NCBI GenBank assembly: GCA_963813155.1
Contig: CAWEYG010000002.1
Location: 320,001-384,000, forward strand
Reading direction: 5' to 3'
Source: an uncultured Acidobacteriota bacterium
Lineage (GTDB): Bacteria; Acidobacteriota; Thermoanaerobaculia; UBA5066; DATFVB01
DNA length: 64,000 nucleotides
The position numbers and the translations under genes are program-made. Of this stretch, positions 58,433 through 64,000 are shown piece by piece. The notes under the pieces were generated by a model. It did not search any database. It had not been told where the DNA came from and saw nothing but the letters and a program-made list of their open reading frames with translations. The stretch's first letter is position 1; each line of letters starts with the position of its first letter.

Positions 58433-61002
58433 GGCGGCGGCAAGCTCCGGGGACCCTCCTCTTCGCGGGCCTCGTCCTTCGCCCCGCGCGGCGGGACCCC
58501 TTTCGAGTTCTCCTCTCGATCGCCGGAGTCGCGATCGGCGTCGCCGCCGTGGGCTCGATCCACCGCGCGAACGAAAGCATCGTGGCCTCGTTCCGAGGCG
58601 CGGTCGAGTCCGTTTCGGGTAAGGCCCGGCTCACCGTGCGGGGGGTCGGCGGGCTGCCGGACGAAACGGCGGCGAAGCTTCGCTGGGTGTGGGAGATCGG
58701 GTCCTTCGCGCCGGCGATCGATCGTTTCGCGGTCGCGGCAGACGGCACGGACGAGCCGGTCGAAATCTTCGGCGTCGACCCGACGAGCGAGGCCTCTCTG
58801 CGCTCGTACCGGATTCTCACCCCGAAGACCGGACTCGAAAAGATCTTCGATAAGGACGCGGCGCTCGCGCCTCTCCCCTTCGTCGAGCGCCACCGTACCC
58901 GCCTCGGCGACGAACTTCCGCTGTTTGTCAACGGGCGAAAGAAAACGCTCGTGCTGGCCGGGATTCTCGAATTCACGGGGCCCGCGCGAGCCTCGGGGGG
59001 ACAGGTCCTGGTCACGGGCCTGCGAACGGCGCAGGAGCTCTTCGCGCTGCCGGGCCGCGTCGATCGAATCGACATCGCGTTTCCCGATTCGGTCCCCTTC
59101 GATTCCGTCCGGGCGCGGGTTTCCGGCTCTCTGCCGCCCGGCGCCCGCGTCGAGCGGCCCGAGGCTCGAAGCGAAACCGCCGACAAGATGACGCGGGCGT
59201 TTCGCTTCAATCTCGCGGCCCTCGGGTCGATCGCGCTGCTGGTCGGAATGTTCCTGATCTACAACACGCTTTCGATCTCGGTCTTGCGCCGGCGCCCCGA
59301 GATCGGAACGCTCCGGGCGCTCGGCGCTTCGCGGCGAGCGATTTTTCAGGCTTTCGTGACCGAAGGGCTCGCGATCGGCATCGCGGGGACCGCCGCCGGC
59401 GAGGCGCTCGGTTTCGCGCTGTCGAAGGCGGCGATGGCCGCGGTCGGGGGAACCGTCGTCAACATCTACCAGCCGACGGCATCGCTCGCCCTCTCGCAGT
59501 CGGCCGAACCCTTCGCGACGGCCGCCGCCGTGGGACTCCTCGCTTCCCTCGCCGCCTCCCTCGCGCCGGCCGCCGAAGCGGCGAGCATCGCGCCCGCGAC
59601 CACCATGCGAGCCGGTTCCGTCGAATCGGGCCGACGGCTTCGGGCGCCGAGGCTCGCCTCGGCGGCGTTCGCGCTGCTCCTCGCGGGACTCGGGGCCGCG
59701 TTCGCTCCGCCCGTCGCGGGATTTCCGGCGTTCGGATTCGGGGCCATGGCCTGCGCCGTCGCGGCGCTCGCGTTGATTTCCCCGGCGGCGGCCCTCGCGG
59801 TCGAACGCGGCGTGCGAGACCCCGCCCGCCGGGTCTTTCGCGCGCCCGGCCGCCTCGCCTGCGCGTTCTTTTCCGGCAACGTCTCGCGAAACGCCGTGGC
59901 GATCGCCGCGCTCTCCCTCGCCCTCGGCATGGCGGCCGCGATGGCGGTCATGATCTCGTCGCTGCGGGAGACCGTGCGGACCTGGGTGAGCCAGAGCGCG
60001 GCCTCCGATCTCTTCCTGAAATCGGCGACGGGAAGCCGCCGGGGGCTCATCGGCACGATCCCGGGCGAGGCGGCGGACTTCCTTCGAGGCATCCCCGGCG
60101 TCGCTCTCGTCGATCCCTTTCGCGCGATCGACGTCGCCGACGAGAGCGGCGCTCCTTTCACGATCGGCTCGGGAGATTTTGGAATCGGCACGAAAACGGG
60201 GGGACTGCCGTTCTTTTCCCGGCGCGACCCGGCGGCCGTTCTTTCCCTCGCGCGCGCCCGCGGCGAAGTCTTCGTCTCGGAACCGTTCGCGCGGCGCTTC
60301 CGAAAATGGCCGGGCGACCGGGTCTCGATCCCGACTCCCCGGGGACCGAGGACGTTTCCCATCGCGGACGTCTATTCCGACTTCTCCAACGATCGGGGCA
60401 CCGTGGTGCTCGACCGGCCCCTGTTTCTTTCCCTGTTCCACGACCCCTCGCTCACGACGATCGGCATCACGGCGGCCCCCGGGGTTTCCCCCGAGCGGCT
60501 TCGCGACCAGATCCTCGCGGCAGCCGCAGGGAAATTCGCCTTCACGATCCTGACGAACCGCACGCTCCGTTCGGAGGTGCTGCGCATCTTCGACGCGACT
60601 TTTGCCGTGACGTACGGCCTCGAGGGCATCGCCCTGATCGTCGCGGTCCTCGGCGTCGTAAACGCGTTGTTTTCGCTCATCCTCGAGCGGCGCCGCGACC
60701 TCGGCCTCCTGCGCGTCCTCGGCGCTTCGCCGCGACAGCTTCGGCGGTCGATCGCTCTCGAGGCCGGACTGATCGGCGGCTGTTCGCTGCTGCTCGCGAT
60801 GTTCGCGGCCTCGGCGTTCGCCGCGCTCCTGATTCTCGTGATCAACCGCCAGTCGTTCGGATGGACGATCCGGACGAAGATCCCTTGGATCGAGCTCGCG
60901 GTCGCGTTCGCGCTCGTCCAGCTCGTCACGCTCGTTGCGAGCATCGGCCCCGGCCGACTCGCGGCGGCGGTCGATCCCGCGCAGGCGCTGAGGGAAGAGT
61001 GA
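58429..61002 (+). CDS. Duplicated FtsX-like ABC permease (AttFG-like)
   Basis: SIAGVAIGVA, FLIYNT...RRRPEIGTLRALGA, INRQSFGWT. Confidence 0.85.
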   Translation: MRRRQAPGTLLFAGLVLRPARRDPFRVLLSIAGVAIGVAAVGSIHRANESIVASFRGAVESVSGKARLTVRGVGGLPDETAAKLRWVWEIGSFAPAIDRFAVAADGTDEPVEIFGVDPTSEASLRSYRILTPKTGLEKIFDKDAALAPLPFVERHRTRLGDELPLFVNGRKKTLVLAGILEFTGPARASGGQVLVTGLRTAQELFALPGRVDRIDIAFPDSVPFDSVRARVSGSLPPGARVERPEARSETADKMTRAFRFNLAALGSIALLVGMFLIYNTLSISVLRRRPEIGTLRALGASRRAIFQAFVTEGLAIGIAGTAAGEALGFALSKAAMAAVGGTVVNIYQPTASLALSQSAEPFATAAAVGLLASLAASLAPAAEAASIAPATTMRAGSVESGRRLRAPRLASAAFALLLAGLGAAFAPPVAGFPAFGFGAMACAVAALALISPAAALAVERGVRDPARRVFRAPGRLACAFFSGNVSRNAVAIAALSLALGMAAAMAVMISSLRETVRTWVSQSAASDLFLKSATGSRRGLIGTIPGEAADFLRGIPGVALVDPFRAIDVADESGAPFTIGSGDFGIGTKTGGLPFFSRRDPAAVLSLARARGEVFVSEPFARRFRKWPGDRVSIPTPRGPRTFPIADVYSDFSNDRGTVVLDRPLFLSLFHDPSLTTIGITAAPGVSPERLRDQILAAAAGKFAFTILTNRTLRSEVLRIFDATFAVTYGLEGIALIVAVLGVVNALFSLILERRRDLGLLRVLGASPRQLRRSIALEAGLIGGCSLLLAMFAASAFAALLILVINRQSFGWTIRTKIPWIELAVAFALVQLVTLVASIGPGRLAAAVDPAQALREE

Positions 61003-61982
61003 GCTTCCTCGCCGCAGCCGCAGCCGCCCTCAATCTGCTCGCCGCCCACCCCGATTCGAAAACGGAGTGGTGGTACTACACGGGGCAACTCCAGGCGGCG
61101 AGCGGAAGGCAATTCGGATTCGAGTTGACGTTCTTCCGCGTGAAGCTTCCCGACGGCGACGACATCGACGCCGCGCATTTCGCGCTGAGCGATCTTTCGC
61201 GCAGGCAATTCACGTTCCAGGAGAAGCTGCACCGGCCGTTTCCGGGAATCGCCGGCGCGGATTCTGAGAAGCTCTTCGTGTTCAACGAGAGCTGGGAAGT
61301 CCGCGAGAAGGCGGGACGCCACGTGCTGAGGGCCGGAAACGGCAAAAACGCCGTCGAGCTGGAGCTCACCCCCTCGACGCCGCCGATCCTGAACGGGATC
61401 GGCGGGATCTCCCGGAAGGGCCCCGGAGCCGACGATTATTCGCACTACGTCTCGATCCCGCGTCTCGAGGCCAGGGGAACGATGACGGCCGGCGGCGAGT
61501 CGGAGCACGTTTCCGGAATCGCCTGGTTCGATCACGAGTTCGGGCCGGGCGGGCTTCCGGCGGGGCTCGCCGGGTGGGACTGGTTCTCGGCGCAGCTCTC
61601 CGACGGAACGGCGCTCATGCTGTATCGACTGCGGCTCCGGGACGGTTCGGTCTCGGACTTTTCCTCGGGAACGTTCGTCGACGCCGGCGGAAAAGCAACG
61701 AGCCTCTCGAAACCCGATTTTCAGGTTCGCGCGACCGGGAGCTGGACCTCGTCGAAGACTCGCGCGACGTATCCCTCGGGTTGGGTCGTGACCGTCCCGT
61801 CCCGGAGCATCGAGCTGAAGATCGCGCCCCGTCTCGCCGACCAGGAGCTCGTGACGTCGAACTCCACGCGCGTCACGTACTGGGAAGGAGCCTGCTCCGT
61901 GTCCGGCATGCGAGCCAGACGGCCGATCACCGGGACGAGCTACGTCGAGCTGACGGGATACGCGGGGAAGGACTTACCCTGA
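60999..61982 (+). CDS. AttH/CrtC-like lipocalin-domain protein
   Basis: HPDSKTEWWYYTG, AWFDHEF, GWDWFS, YWEGA, YVELTGY. Confidence 0.85.
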   Translation: MSFLAAAAAALNLLAAHPDSKTEWWYYTGQLQAASGRQFGFELTFFRVKLPDGDDIDAAHFALSDLSRRQFTFQEKLHRPFPGIAGADSEKLFVFNESWEVREKAGRHVLRAGNGKNAVELELTPSTPPILNGIGGISRKGPGADDYSHYVSIPRLEARGTMTAGGESEHVSGIAWFDHEFGPGGLPAGLAGWDWFSAQLSDGTALMLYRLRLRDGSVSDFSSGTFVDAGGKATSLSKPDFQVRATGSWTSSKTRATYPSGWVVTVPSRSIELKIAPRLADQELVTSNSTRVTYWEGACSVSGMRARRPITGTSYVELTGYAGKDLP

Positions 61983-61989
61983 GCTTCGC

Positions 61990-62413
61990 TCAGGGTCTCC
62001 AGCCGGCGAGAATGCACCCCATGACGACGAACGAGACGAGCTGGTAAGCCGCGTCGATCATGAACCCGGAAATCTTCACGATCGAATAGAGGTTGTGGAC
62101 GAGCAGGATCGTCGCCACGAACCCGATCGCCGACGAGGACCCCGAGCTTCGCCCCCTGCATCGCCGCGTGCAGGTTCAGGTAGGAAACGAGAATCGAGAA
62201 CGCGGCGCACGTCACGAGGTTCGCGAGGAAATTCCACACGAGCGCCTTCGCCATTCCCTGCTTCTTCATCTCCGCCATCTGTTCCGTCGTGTAACCGCGC
62301 GCGGCGACCCAGGGTTTCGAGAACAGGGTCGTGTACCAGAGCGCCCCGAGGACGAAGACGGCGACCGTGGAAACGAGAACCGGGAGCCAGGAGATCTGCT
62401 GAAGCGCTTGCAT
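61990..62413 (-). CDS. DUF1761 membrane protein; frameshift near 62130
   Basis: FVLGALWYTTLFSKPW; C-terminus IDAAYQLVSFVVMGCILAGWRP in a shifted frame. Confidence 0.75.
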
Positions 62414-62463
62414 CGAGTGCCCCTTTCTGCGTTCCGCGGAATTCTACACCGTCGGAGCGCCCG

Positions 62464-63525
62464 TCACTCCGGAAAATCGGACGCGTCGATCCCCGGAATC
62501 ACGTGCAGCGCGTTCTTGTAGTAGATCCGCCGCAGAACCGCGTCGGGAAGCCCCAGCCCGTAGACCCTCCAGAACGCGTGCCGCTTCCGGTCCGACTCGA
62601 AATATTCGTCGTCGGTCTCGAGCAGGCGGAAGTAGAAGGCGTACTCCGACGCCGCCCAGGTGTCCTTCCCGAACATCACGCGGTCGGAGTACTTCTCCAG
62701 GAACGCGCGCGCGTTGCGCGGCTGCCGGCCCAGCTCGGAAGGGACGGCGGCGATTTCCGTATAGACGTTCGGCAGGCGGTCGAGCAGACTCCCCAGGCGA
62801 GCGAGGTCTCCGCCGAGCCAGCCGAGATGCGCGGCGATGAATTTCGTCTTCGGGTGCTTCGCGAACATCCGGTGCTGCTCCGCCATCACGCCCTCCCAGG
62901 TCGGATATTTCTCGGGGGGACGGGCGCGGTAGGGAAACTGCTTCAGCTCCAGCCAACGCTCGTTGAAGCGGTCGATCGGGTCGAAGAAGGGCTTCGGCTC
63001 GCCCGAGTGGATGAGCACCGGAATTCCGAGCTCGCCGCACTTCTCCCAGACCGGGTCGAGCCGCGGGTCGTCGACGGCAACGCGCCCGCCCTGGGAGTCC
63101 TTCGCGGTCAATCCCAGGTTCTTGAAGATCTTCAGTCCCTGCGCCCCGTGACGAACGTCCTCCTCCAGCTGGGCCACCGCACGGGCCGTCCACTTCGGGT
63201 CGTCGATCCCGTCGAAATTGAGGTTCGCGAAAACGACGAACCGCTTCGGATGCCTCCCTTTCAGGTTTCGATAGCCCTTGAGGAATTCGGCCCCCTGGTC
63301 GCCGCTCAAGTTGACCATCACCTTCATGTTGAGCGCGTCCATCTCGCGAACCATCTGGGCGACCTGCTCCGCGCTCTGATCCCGCTCCTGGTGGTTGTGG
63401 ACGTCGATGAAGGGGAATTTCGCCCGGGTGGGGTGATGCTCGGGGACGACCAAAGACGACTTCGGCTCGTACTCCTCGAACGACAGCGTCTGGGCGAGAG
63501 CGGGAACGCTTCGCAGAGCAAGCAC
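62464..63525 (-). CDS. Amidohydrolase family protein (true start may be near 63574 across a frameshift)
   Basis: IDVHNH, GLKIFK, LIHSGEP, AAHLG, FGKD. Confidence 0.85.
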   Translation of the reverse strand: MLALRSVPALAQTLSFEEYEPKSSLVVPEHHPTRAKFPFIDVHNHQERDQSAEQVAQMVREMDALNMKVMVNLSGDQGAEFLKGYRNLKGRHPKRFVVFANLNFDGIDDPKWTARAVAQLEEDVRHGAQGLKIFKNLGLTAKDSQGGRVAVDDPRLDPVWEKCGELGIPVLIHSGEPKPFFDPIDRFNERWLELKQFPYRARPPEKYPTWEGVMAEQHRMFAKHPKTKFIAAHLGWLGGDLARLGSLLDRLPNVYTEIAAVPSELGRQPRNARAFLEKYSDRVMFGKDTWAASEYAFYFRLLETDDEYFESDRKRHAFWRVYGLGLPDAVLRRIYYKNALHVIPGIDASDFPE

Positions 63526-63602
63526 GGCGAGCGCCGACCCGAGAAACCAGAGAGAGCATTCCGTGTCGTCTCATTCGAGATTTCCTCCCCGAGCTTCGAA
63601 TT

Positions 63603-64000
63603 CTATTCGGCGGACCGCCCTCCGCGCATCCCGCGGAGCGAAATCGCGCAGCCGAGCAGCGTCGCGAGCGAAGCAAACATTCCCCAGGGGACGAGCGGAT
63701 TGCGATACTCGAACACGATCCGGTGGCGGCCGGCCGGCAGCGCGACGGCCTGGAACGCGAAGTCCGCCGGAACGACGCGAGTCTCGCGCCCGTCGACGCT
63801 CGCGGTCCAATTCGGGTCGAACGTCTCGGACCGCACGAGAAGCGCCGGCGAAGAAGCCGTCGCGTCGACGACCTCCCGGCCGGGTCCCGCCTCGGCCGCC
63901 GAGGCCCCGCCGAAGCCCTCGGCGGTCAGCGGCGGGGCGGCTCCCTCGACGATCGCCTCCGATTCGGGATCGAACGCCGGATCCGCGAGAGCGGCGCGCG
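63603..64000 (-). CDS. YfhO-family membrane protein, C-terminal part (5' end beyond the window)
   Basis: SETFDPNWTASVDG...AFQAVALPAGRHRIVFEYR followed by a TM helix. Confidence 0.75.
   Translation of the reverse strand, partial: RAALADPAFDPESEAIVEGAAPPLTAEGFGGASAAEAGPGREVVDATASSPALLVRSETFDPNWTASVDGRETRVVPADFAFQAVALPAGRHRIVFEYRNPLVPWGMFASLATLLGCAISLRGMRGGRSAE

Noticed and set aside
1-64000. CRISPR array, rRNA, prophage
   Set aside because: No regularly spaced repeats, rRNA motifs or phage structural genes seen

Overview
GC-rich bacterial chromosomal window. Gene content (PadR plus duplicated orphan permease, Oar-like TonB receptor, Ser/Thr kinase-TPR, VPS10-type glycoside hydrolase) suggests Acidobacteriota, possibly Thermoanaerobaculia; this is inference. 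It holds about 55 genes, and many carry single-base frameshifts that look like long-read consensus errors. Main points: (1) a probable new selenoprotein at 29138-31025(-), where an in-frame UGA in a thioredoxin-like 'WPYT-U-NLS' (UxxS) motif is followed by a SECIS-like hairpin and then a TlpA CxxC domain; (2) an ECF sigma factor, zinc-finger anti-sigma/TPR protein and small secreted '...DLPPPP' peptide at 55552-57714(-), laid out like an RRNPP-type peptide-signalling cassette but with a sigma-factor output; (3) a 19-bp motif (GCAAGAnnnTGACAGCG core) found six times before secreted peptidase, beta-propeller and selenoprotein genes near an AraC regulator; (4) a 15.5-kb integrase-less island in tRNA-Ala(CGC), bounded by a 45-bp direct repeat and divided by repeated att-arm-like sequences, carrying a kinase, a chromate-resistance operon and a sigma54-activator/hydrolase module; (5) a minimal tyrosinase-like dicopper protein.
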